Below, in pieces: positions 52,585-64,000 of a DNA stretch of 64,000 nucleotides. The translations under genes were made by a program, and so were the position numbers. Within the stretch, counting starts at the first letter, position 1, and each line of letters begins with the position of its first letter. The DNA is from the human T2T-CHM13v2.0 reference genome, Homo sapiens: the NCBI RefSeq assembly GCF_009914755.1, contig NC_060932.1; one strand, written 5' to 3'. A model generated the notes under the pieces. It saw nothing but the letters and a program-made list of their open reading frames with translations. It did no database searches and was not told the DNA's origin.

Positions 52585-54326
52585 TGATGTATTTATGCAT
52601 CAAAACATCACATTGTACCCCTTAAATGCATACAGTTATTATTTGTCCATTAAAAATAAAGTAAAACTTTAAATATATATATATATAACTTTAAAAAATT
52701 AAATAAGAGTGTAGACAATTAACAAATATTACAAAATTTTGAAGGTAGTACAAACATTTCTGGAATTTAAGAATTATTCCCCAAATCCACCATACTGTAT
52801 AGTACTGGGGTAGACATAAGCAGAAACTGTAATTGCAAATTTTATTTTAAATTATAATTTCTTTTTTCTAATTGTGTAGTAAAGCAACACTATTCAAGAT
52901 CACAGTAGTAACAACATTCCTGTCTTTTTTTCCACATAATCTTAGTCCCTCATTCTTATCTGCTGCATACGATAATGCCATTTCTTTCCTTGATATACAT
53001 CAATCTGAATGTATAGCCTCCCAGTCATGGGATCCCTTATATATGGTTCAAAGAAAAGGTCATATTACTTATCCAACTCTTCACCCATTTAAACAAAACT
53101 AATATTTTATCACTTCTTTTCTCATGGTTTTCAGGAAACATCACCATTTTACCACTTACTGCACGATGTTAGAAGTATGTGTTCTCATGTCTCTCCTGAA
53201 ATCAAGTGAACATCATTGAGAGCCTATCAAAGCAGAAATTATCTTTCTATTATTTTTATCTTTGGTCCTAATATACTGCCTGACAGATCATAAGTTTCTT
53301 ATAAGAAGAAAGGGAGCCTGGAGTGGAGAATTCCAGCATAGTCGTAGTGTCCCTGATACTCAGACTTTTCTCCTGTAGGTCTTTAGTGTATAATTCATGA
53401 ACAAGGCGAAGAAAATAAGAGAGACAAATTCCAGGTTATTCAATAGTAAGCCTAGGCAGATTTTTTTTTTTTTTGGAGGAGTTTGGCAGGTGGGAAAATA
53501 CAAAGCAAAGAGAAGAAAAATGGAGAAAGCAGACCTAGAAAAAGAGGTCTCCAATAGAAGGTAGCAAAAGGGACTTGAGCTGGGGATATGTCCACATGTG
53601 TTCTCCGTTGAGAATTTGCTTCTTCCCACTGTATCAGAAAGGGAGTTATAAAGTGCTCCAACAACCTGACATCATAGATGTTTTCTAAAGTGGCATACTC
53701 AATTTCACTAATGTATACATAGTAGATGAAGCAATCTTGCTTGATGTTTTAAGAGCTGGATAGAAAGAATGTGGTGGCCAGTTTGCACTTTTGATTGTAT
53801 GTTAAAGATAGTGTCATTTACCCCATGCATAAGATGTGAGAAAGATGCAACAAAAGATACATATTATTCTAATCATTCCCAGACAGCCCTCCTATTAATT
53901 AGGTCTATTTCTCATTGCAAAGAATGAATAAGGAATTGGTTTAGTGGAATGAGATAGTGGACTATCTCAACCAGGAATTGAGAGCTATGGTCTTGGTGGG
54001 TAGTAAAACTTGGTCAGTCACTGGTTGATTTGGCCCCTTCATTGGGTGAATAAAGTGAGAATTTTTCAGTGTTAGAAAAATTTTTTAGAAAGATTTAGAC
54101 TATCTTTATTTCTTGGGCTTCTGTAGCACATTGCAGGCAAGATAACAGTGACAACCAAAGTTGCACAGCATAGGAGAAATCTTGTAATTTGTTTTTTAAT
54201 GCCAGTAAGAAAATAAAATTCTGGTAGTGATATTTTGGCATGTGGGATATAATGTGCAATGCCTGTTGCACGAAGTAAAACTCTGAACTGAGCTCATAAA
54301 AGCAATCTTTTTCTTTTACACTAGTA

Positions 54327-54490
54327 TTTTATTTTTTAAGAGACAGAGTTCTGCTCTGCCACACAGGCTAGAGTGCAGTGCAGTTGCAGGATCATAACTC
54401 ACTGCAACCTACTGGGCTCAAGTGATCCTCTCACCTTGGCCTCCTGAGTAGATAGGACTACAAGAGCACCCCACCATGCTCGGCTAATTT
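54327..54490 (-). mobile_element. Alu right arm only (FRAM or truncated AluJ)
   Basis: gagacagag...caggctagagtgcagtg...gggctcaagtgatcctc...ccaccatgctcggctaattt. Confidence 0.88.
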
Positions 54491-54949
54491 CCCTTAGGAT
54501 CTTAATTTTAGTATCAACGCAAGTTGTTGTTTTTTGCTCAGTGTGACTTAGAATCAGTGAAATCACCTAGAAAGGCAACAGAGAAATTCACTGCAGATTT
54601 TGCCTCATGGTTAAGGATAAACCTATATATAAATCTTTAAGCACAGCTTATTGATAGTTGGATCTAGTTAGCTAAAGAACATGCTTGACTTTCTTCATTT
54701 TACAAATTTTACTTTCATTTAAAACCATGCAATTTAGGTAGAAGAAATTGATTGAAATTATTTGTTCTTTTGAAAAAACATTTAGCCACCTTAAGGATTC
54801 TTCTACTTATACTTTGAATTTTTTTGTCTCCATTAACATTTAAAAATTGGATACTCAGACTTATTCTGCATTCATGATAGACATTTTCTGAAACCTCGTA
54901 ATCCTTTATATTCATCTGCATAGCATCGTCCAGATTTTAGAATGTTTTC

Positions 54950-55100
54950 AAATTCATTGTTTTAGATTGTCCTCACAATAATTTGTGTTGTAAGCAGAAA
55001 TATTATGGTAATCTCAATTTTATTTATGAGAAACTGAGGTTCCATGAGATCAGCTAGCTAATTATTGTCAAAGCTAAGAACCAAAACAATTTCACTTCTT
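54950..55100 (-). mobile_element. MIR fragment
   Basis: tcctcacaata...atgagaaactgaggttc. Confidence 0.55.
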
Positions 55101-55476
55101 GTGCATTGCTCATACCCTTTGTCTTCTATGTCCAATTCGACATAAAAAGCTAATGAAATATGTAAAGACAAACAAGTTAATTAGACATTTTGTAATGCTT
55201 TAGTGATCATCAATAGAGCAAATTTAAATTAACTTCTAATCTTCAATGGGCTGTGAGCTGTGAAAGCTCCCTTGTATCTGACAAGGAACTATAAATTTAT
55301 TTGACATGGGGAAGGTTTTATATTAAGACCTACTGTTGTGGTATTCTATGGTACAAGGTGAAATAAATTCAGGTAACATGCCAAATTTGGCTTTACAATT
55401 TCTCATTGGTAGCTCCCCTTGAAACCATACTCAGGGTGAATGTCCAACTCCAGTGCCAGATTTTTGGCATAGTGAA

Positions 55477-55929
55477 TGTTGTAGGTTAAAAACTGTCTCT
55501 CGAGAATTTATGTCAGTCCAGGAACTCAGAATGTGACTTTATTTAGAAATAAAATTTTTGCATATGCAGTTAGTTAAGTATCTTAAGATAAAATCACACT
55601 GGATTTAGGATGGATTCTAAATCCAGTGACTGGTGTATTTCAAGAAAAGGGAGAGGATGCAAAAACAGAGACCTTTTAACAATGTACACGTAGACAGAAG
55701 TGATACATTCCCACAAGCCAAGGGAATGCCAAGAATTGCTGGAAGGTTTCAGAAGGTAAGAAGACGGAAGAAAGGATTCTTCCCTAGAGCCTTCAGAGAA
55801 AGCATGGCCAGCTAACACCTTTATTTTGGACTTTTAACCTTCAAAACTGTGAGAGAATACATTTCTTTTTTTTTTTTAAGTCGCTAGATCTGTGATAATT
55901 TGTTATGGCAGCCCTAGTAAATGAATACA
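55477..55929 (+). mobile_element. MLT1C-like MaLR solo LTR
   Basis: tcagaatgtgactttattt...aagccaagggaatgcc...gattcttccctagagccttcagag...ttgttatggcagccctag...aataca. Confidence 0.88.
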
Positions 55930-58900
55930 GTGGCAAATAATGCTCTGGAAAATAGTTCCCTTATGGTTTCTGGTTTTATATAGGGAGCTTAGGTCTAACC
56001 TACTGAAGTATGTAAGATTATATTTCTGACTCTGGGCATTAAAAATCCAAATATAGAAATACCTAGTAGTGCATCTCCTATGGGTTGTTTTGGCTGCAAC
56101 TCACTCTCACTACATTAGGCTTGAATTTCCCCTTTGATTATGGCATCTACCAGTTTGATTTTTGTTTTGAGACCAAGAATATATTTCTATTTTTCTTTGT
56201 TGTATTCAGTTCAGGATTTATATGTATTATTATGCTGGACCATGACATATAGGTAAACCTCCAGTCAACTTCCTCTCCACTGTCCACTGGCTGGACATGT
56301 ATCCTGGCTGGACATCTCTAAATTTAAAAAAAAAAAAAACACTACCTTAGGCAAGCACAGTTTAATCCACGAATGTAGCTGAATTTCTCTTAGATGGGAA
56401 TAAAGGATATTTTCTTGACTTTTTTTCCCCTGGTGATCTAAAATGGTTGGCTCTTGCAATGAAATGTCTTAATTTTCTCAACGTCTTAAAACAAATCTGA
56501 AGCATATTTAGCAAGGGTATAGCTCATAGTCTTTTTAAAATACCCTTAGTTGAGAACCTTGGAACTCAAACTATAGTACATGTTCGGATGGCACTGTAAG
56601 AGTGATGCTTTTAGCACTTACATTTATGCTATTTGTCATTAGTATCTACTCTCAATGTGCTTTTACAGTGTATCAGTTCCCTTACTTCTGGTTTTTTGAC
56701 TAATAGGAGAGATACATTTGTATTTTTATATTAACTTCCTTTTTCTTTCCCAATTCTTTGTCTGTGGGAAGTAAGTATAGAATTATTTGAACTAAATATT
56801 ATAGAGCAGCTGTGTTAATGAAAGCATTTGTTTTCATTTATTTTATGTGCACATACCTAAAGAGTTATGTAATGGCTCTGCATTTATAAATCTGATGAAT
56901 GACTATCATAAATAAACACAGGAATAGAATTCAGTTAGAAACCAGAATTTGCAGTTAAAGGGACTATGTAAACTATACAAAGAGACAGAAAATAAATTTC
57001 AGCTCTGTGAGATTTCTTGGGGAAATGCTATATTATCATTTAGTTTTAGTTTGACATCTTCTAATTAATATCTAATACCTGAACCTCATTGCAAATGGAA
57101 TGGTCCAACATTGTGATTTTGATGCTTGTAGTCTCACCATATGTTCTATTGGGCTATATGAGCTAGAAATGAGAAAAATGTCAATTTAAAGATAATATGA
57201 TACAGACACAATAACTTAATTTGTACAAAGAAGTAAAAAGTGTAAACAATCTTTCAGAAAGTTTACTTGAATATTGTGAAAATACACAGATAGTCGGACC
57301 ACTGCTAGTAATTTTGAATGGAATCCATCCTGAAGATTCATAAAATGACTTTTAATATTTTAAAATAATGAAGATATTAAGTGGGGACTTGCAGTTTTAG
57401 CTCTGACATGTAAAGAGCTCTGATGTCATCTCTACCATCCTAAACAGAAAAAGCTAACAAACCAAAACGCCATGGAAATTAGAAAAACCAATAAAATGGC
57501 TTTACTTGGATCCTCCAGAAGACTGAGGATGCAGGAGAAGCTCCCTTTCCCAGGTCTAAGAAGTCATGTGTACTCAGAGAGTGAGAGCTGGCGTCTACAC
57601 ACCTGGAGCAGAAGACACTGGAGCCATAATCTAAGAACACTTAAATGGTACTTTTGATAAATTGGTGAAGACTGGGTGTGAGGCAGCATGAGAGTGTGAG
57701 CTCATAGAGGCTTCAGTCTAATGGATATCCCCACATATTTGTGAGGTTTGTTTACATTAGCTGTACTAGGTTCATATAGTGAAGATCCAAAAATATATCC
57801 TTGGTGGCCCTAGCCTGGAGCAAAGACAATTCTCTGTAAAATGCAACCAGAACATCCTCCAAAAGTAAAGCCCACTCTCCAAGAAAAAATCCCTACCAGA
57901 ACCTTTTCCTAGCTCACAGAAGGGCACTGTTTCCACTCCATCCTCACTTGCCTTTCTATCTTACTAAAGGGCAGTAGAAATCCTGTACCACAGAAGAAAC
58001 ATTTGTGAATTTTAACATCCAGAAACACAGACCCAGTAAAAATAGACATTTACATTTAAGAATATAGCTCTTTTCTTCTCTCTGCATCTTACTATCGCCC
58101 CAACAGGACTCTAAAATAAAAAGGGTGAATTATAACCTAAATAGTTGCAAGACATATACTCTGTGTGAGAAGGAGCTCAGTTCCTCACTGCTTTTGCATA
58201 TAGGACTCTACTTCTAGCCTTGTCTAGGCACTAAAAATCCAGATAGAGATACATCTGGTTATGCAGCCCCCATGACCTTTTTTTTGACATTGATGCCTCT
58301 AGGTTTCAGTTTCATTCTGATTTTGGCACCTAACAGTTTTATCTCTGTTTTGAGATTACCAACATATTTATGTTTTTTTCTCATAATCTAGCAAAGTGTA
58401 CCTCACAGGGGGATACAAGAACAAGGACACTATACAAGGGTAAAGCCGTTGACATCTACAGCTACAGAAGATATTAAACACAACACAACTCCTAAACAGA
58501 TTCACATGAATCTTCACTCTGAAGGCCGATGTACCTCAGTTCCTAATGTCTAAAACAACAGTCCCCATTTCAACAAAAGAATTATAAGGCATGCCAAAAA
58601 GAAAGAAAAAACAAAATGTGAAAACTAAAGAAAGCATCAGAATCATACTCAGATATAACATGTATGTTAGAATTTTTGAATCTGAAATTTAAAATAACTA
58701 TGAGTAATATGTTAGCAGCTTCAATGGAAAAAATAGCAAAACCTGTTGGGAAATAAAAGTAGAAAATAAAAATACTAAAAATGCTAGAAATTTAAAACAC
58801 TGTAATAGAAATGAAGAATATTTCTTGTGGCATCATATGTAGACTGGTCATGGCAGAATAAAGAACAAATGAGTTCAAAAATAGGTTAATACAAACTTCT

Positions 58901-59265
58901 TAAACTGAAATACAGAGAGAAAAAAATATAAAAATTAAAAAATAGAACATGACATCAATAACTGTGGAGGCAATTTCAAAAGATGTAACATAAGCATCAT
59001 TATATTACAAAAAAAAGTAGAAATAAAGAATAGAGGGGAAGACATATTTGAAGGAATAACACCCAACAACTTTCCAAAATTAATGACAAACATGTAACCA
59101 TAGATCCTGGAAACTGAAAGGACACATAAAAATAAATACCAAAAATAATTCTTTTGGTTATATATTCAACCTGCAGAAAACCACAGACAAAGACAAAATC
59201 TTGAAAGAATCTGTTGGGTAGGGGAGCTGTGTGGAGGAACAAGAATAAGAACTACAGTAGAAGTC

Positions 59266-61781
59266 TGACAGAGTTTGGATCTGTGTCCCCACCAAACCTC
59301 ATGCCAAATTGTATTCTCCAGTGTTGGAGGTGTAGTCTGGTGGCAGGTGACTGGATGATGGGGGAAGAGTTCTCACAACTGGTTTAGCACATCCCCCTTG
59401 GTCATGATAGTGAGTTCTCACAAGATCTGGTTGTTTAAAAGTGTGTGGCAATGCCACCCTCTCTCTCTTCTTGCTTTAGCTATGTAAGACAAGCCCGCTT
59501 CTCCTTCAATTTCCTCCATGATTGAAAGTTTCCTGAGGCCTCCCCAGCCATTCTCTCTGTACAGCCTGCAGAACCATGAGCCCATTAAACCACTTTTCTT
59601 CATAACCCAGACTCAGGCATTTCTTTATAGCAATGTGAGAATGAACATATATAGAAAATTTGTACCAAGGAGTGAGGCATTGCTATAAAGATACCTAAAA
59701 ATGTGGAAGTGAAATTGGAATTGAGTAACGGGCTGGAACAGTTTGGAAGGCTCAGAAGAGAGGAAAGATGAGGGAAGTTTTGCAAATTTAGAACTAGAGA
59801 TTTATTGAATGGCTTTGACCAAAATTCTGATAGTGATATGGACAGAGATGGCCGTATCACTGTCATAATAATCATATCACTATCATATGATCATCTGAGG
59901 TCTCAGATGGACATGAAGAATTTATTGGGAACTAGAGCAAAGGTTACTTTTGTTATGCATTAGCAAAAAGGTTGGCTGCGTTGTTCCCTTGCTCTAGGGA
60001 TTTGTGGAACTTTGAACTTCAAAGTGATCATTTAGGGTATCTGGAGGATGAAATTTCTCAGCAGCCAAGCATCCAATGTAGCCTGGCTCCTTCTAAAATC
60101 CTGTTCTCATATGTGTGAGCAAAGAAATGGCCTGAAACTGTAACTGATATTTAAAAGGAAAGCAGAGTATAAAAGTTTGGAAAATTTGTAAGCTGGCCAT
60201 GCAGTAACAAAATATATATATTATATATATATATATATATAATATATATATATATAATCCCAAAGAAATCCATGATGGGAAGTCAGATTATAAAACTGAA
60301 ATGTTATATATATGTAACATTATCTGGGGGAGGAATTCAAGCCAGCTGAAGAAATTTGCATAACTGAAAGAAAGGCAAGTACTAAAAGCCAAGACAATGG
60401 GGAAAAAGGCCCTGAAGCCATTTTAAAGACCTTCATGGCAGCCTTCCCATCACAGGCAAAGAGGCCTAAGAGAGAATGTTTTTGTGGGTGAGGCCCAGGG
60501 CCCCACTACCCTGTGCAGCCTTGGAGACACAGCTTCTTGCATCTTGGACACTCCAGCTCTAGCCATGGCTCAAAAGGGTCCAGGTACTCATGCTGCTGCT
60601 TCAGAGGGCGCAAGCTGTAAGCCTTGGTCTCTTCCACATGATATTAGGCCTGTGGATGTGCAGACAGCAAGAGTTGAGGCTTGGGAGACTCCATCTAGAT
60701 TTCAGAGGATGTATGAAAAAGCCTGGATGACCAGGCAGGAGCTTGTTGCATGGGTGGAGCCCTTGTGGAGAATCTCTACCAGAGCAGTGAGGAAGATAAA
60801 TATGGGGTTGCAGTCCCCATACAGAGTCCCAGCTAGGGCTATGAGAAAAGAGCCACCATCCTCCAGACCCCAGAATGGTAGATACACTAACAGTTTACAC
60901 CCGGATCATGAAAAGGCTGCAGGCACTCAACACCAGCCCATGAGAGCAGCAACAGGGGCTGACCTCTGCAAAGCCACAGGGGAGGGGCTGCCCAAAGCCT
61001 TAGGAACTCACCTCTCGCACCAGTGTGGCCTGGATGTGAGACATGGAGTCAAATGAGATTATTTTGGAGCTTTAAGATTTAATGACTACCCTGCTGGGTT
61101 TTGGACTTTGATGGGGCCTGTAGCCCCTTTCTATTTGCTGACTTCTCTTTTGGAATGGGAGTATTTACCTAATGCTTTTACCCCCATTGTGTCTTGGGAG
61201 TAACTAATGTGTTTTTGATTTTACAGGCTCATAGGTGGAGGGACTTGCCTTGTGTCAGATGACATTTTGGACTTTGGACTTTTGAGTTAAGGCTGGAATA
61301 AGCTAAGACTTGGGGAACAGTTGAGAAGGGATGATTATCTTTTGGAATGTGAGAAGGACATAAGATTTGGAAGTTCCTGAGGTGGAATGATATAGTTTGA
61401 GTCTGTGTTCCCACCAAATCTCATCTGGAATAGTACTCCTCAGTGTTGAAAGTGGGGCCTGGTGGAGGTGACTAGATTATGGGGGTGGAGTTCTCATGAT
61501 TGGTTTAGCACCATCACCCTTTGTCATGATAGTAAGTGAGTTCTCAGGGAATCTGGTTGTTTAAATTTGTGTGGCACCTTTCTACCACCACTTTCTGTTC
61601 TGGCCATGTGAAACAAGCCTGCTTCCCCTTCACCTTTCACTGTGATTGAAAGTTTCCTGAGGCCTCCTCAGCCATGCTTCCTGTACAGCTTGCAGAACAG
61701 TAAGCCAATTAAACCTCTTTTTCTTTTAAATTACCCAGCCTCAGGTATTTCTTTATAGCAATGGGAGAATGGACTAATATA
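59266..61781 (+). mobile_element. full-length MSTA MaLR (LTR 59266-59653, internal 59654-61387, LTR 61388-61781)
   Basis: Two homologous MST LTRs flank an MST-int (ttgctataaagatacc...ggaacagtttgga...cagaggatgtatg...gagacatggagtcaaa). Confidence 0.93.
60212..60256. repeat. (AT)n microsatellite inside MST-int
   Basis: About 45 bp of near-pure AT repeat. Confidence 0.95.
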
Positions 61782-62227
61782 ACATCTTATCAGTACACAT
61801 GCAAACAAGGATAAAGTAGATTGAAATATTTAGTGTTGAAAGAAGAAAAACCTAGATTTCCATATTCAGTGAAATGCCCTTCAAAAGTAAAGTAAAAGAT
61901 AAAGAGTCCACACAAACATGGGGACGCCTTTCAGCAGTAGACCTGCCTTGCAGTAAATGTTAAAAGAAGTTCTTTTGGGAGAAGGAAGGTAAAGTAAGTC
62001 AAAAACTGAGATTGGAAAAGAAAAAAATGAAACTCAAATTGTCTTGTTATCTTCATTGATCATAAAGCATCAACTGAACAAAAATACGTGAAATAAATAA
62101 CAGTAAAATTACAAGGAAATGAAAGGGAGTAATTATCGATACTCTGCCATAATTTTTCTGTGCTATGACAGGAAAAGGTACAGTTATTTAAAAGTGGACA
62201 CACAGCAGTTAGAATTTATATGGAAAT

Positions 62228-63083
62228 TTGAACCAAAAATAAAATCCTAAGGCCTGCAACACACTGAATGGAACTCCCTCTTGGCCAAGGGGATCCCAAA
62301 GAAATCCATGATGGGAAGTCAGGTCAGACGTACCTCATTATACCTTCTGTCTTTGGGAGTTTAGGTACAAGTGACCAGTATTAGCATAAAAATAGAGATT
62401 ATAAGACTGAAAAAACAAACTCTTTGTAGCAATAAGTTACCAAATGCTAACCTGACTCTGGTATATCATCACAGGACAGATATGAAGTCCTAAAGAAAAT
62501 CAAAATATTTTATCCCAAAATATAGCTATTTGGTATATTTTGGAATGGTCCTTCAAAGTAGTCCTTTGTGGAGGAAATTTGCATTCTGTAGAGAATCTCT
62601 TTCCCTTGCTAGTTCTTCTCCAGAGAGTCTGACACCTTTTAAGTTCTGATAAAAAATATTTACCATCTATTCTATGTGAAGCCTCTTACTTTGAGGCTTC
62701 ATGTACATGACAAGAGTCTTGGCTTCCATAACCCTCCTTAACTCAAACATTTCTTTATGCAGATTCAACTCTTCAGGCAAATCTCAACTGTTTCAATCAA
62801 TTGGCATTCAGAAAATCTTTGAATCCACGTATGACCTGGACACCCCGGTTTTGAGATGTCCTACCTTTTCCGGCTGAAGCAATGTATGCCTTACATGTAT
62901 TTATTTATGTCTTGGCTTGTGATCTTTGTCTCTGTAAAATGTATAAAGCCAAGCTGTAACTTAACCACCTTGGGCACATGTTCTCAGGACCTCCTGGGGC
63001 TGTGTCATGGGCCATGGTCCTCACATTTGGCCCAGAATAAACCTCTTCAAAGATTTTACAGAATTTGGCTTTTTTCACCCACA
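62228..63083 (+). mobile_element. MER4(D/E)-like ERV1 solo LTR
   Basis: gaaccaaaaataaaatcctaag...ctctttgtagcaataag...accaccttgggcacatgttctcaggacctcctg...agaataaacctcttcaaa...ca. Confidence 0.88.
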
Positions 63084-63393
63084 AAACTCTAGGGCAAACA
63101 CTACAGAAATGCTCACTATGCTAAGAGACAAGATAAACAGGAATTATAAGTGTTCAATTGGAAACAGAAAAAAAGTGGGATAACAGAAAACAAACTATCA
63201 AAATAAGAAGAAACAGTTACAAACCCGGTGGATATTAATCTAGTTATATCAATAATGACTTTAAATATCTATTATCTAAATATGCCAATTTAAAGAAAGA
63301 GTTTAAGAGAAAAAATAGGTTAAAAAGGTTAACAAGGTAGATTTAAAAAAAAACAGAACACTAACAGTGTGTTGTCTTAGGAAATTTAGTTTA

Positions 63394-63729
<336 letters not shown>

Positions 63730-64000
63730 AGAAACTAAAGGAGGGTTGAAAATTATAACACAAATAAAAAGAAAGGTAGAGTAGCTATATTAATTTCAGA
63801 CAAAGCAAACTTCAGAATAAAGAATATCATCAGGGATACAGAAGGGCTTTACATAATGATAACGGTATCAGTTATCTAAGAAGAAACAATATTCCTAAAT
63901 GTCTGTGCAGCTAACAACAGACTGTCAAAATATGTGATGCAAAAACTGACAGAATTGAAAGGAACAAGAGAAAAATTCATGATTTTAGTTGGAAAATTCA

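Larger units (their letters stand above)
46857..52672 (+). mobile_element. L1MA(6-8)-like LINE-1 with 5'UTR, ORF1, internally deleted ORF2 and 3'UTR
   Basis: 5' tgacatcagcaacatggtgg; ORF1 remnants 49.1-50.0 kb; ORF2 pieces at 50.44-50.80 and 51.13-52.2 kb; L1MA 3'UTR ending gtccattaaaaataaa. Confidence 0.85.

Noticed and set aside
55597-55628. 12-bp perfect hairpin CACTGGATTTAG/CTAAATCCAGTG
   Set aside because: Corresponds to a quasi-palindrome of the MLT1C consensus; too short for a pre-miRNA

Overview
AT-rich, repeat-dense primate genomic DNA, probably human or great ape (AluJ/S, L1PA2-L1PA11, THE1/MST/MLT, MER4/MER50/LTR8, Tigger). I recognise no protein-coding gene, RNA gene or CpG-island promoter. 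The supplied ORFs are L1/Alu/MaLR fragments or look like chance ORFs. Roughly 40% of the window is interspersed repeat, often nested: two 5'-inverted (twin-primed) L1s, solo LTRs with intact target-site duplications, a full-length MSTA element and deleted older L1s. L1s and LTRs lie mostly on the + strand, which hints at an intron of a minus-strand gene. The most unusual signal is a ~105-bp composite insertion in the MSTA interior (60.2-60.3 kb). It carries two pieces copied from the MER4 LTR 2 kb downstream, joined across a skipped GT...AG 75-mer. Well-formed + strand splice-site pairs at 15.5, 21.4 and 24.1 kb suggest a possible spliced lncRNA with a short ORF. Subfamily calls come from recalled consensus sequences and need RepeatMasker/Dfam confirmation. 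I see no convincing new biological system.
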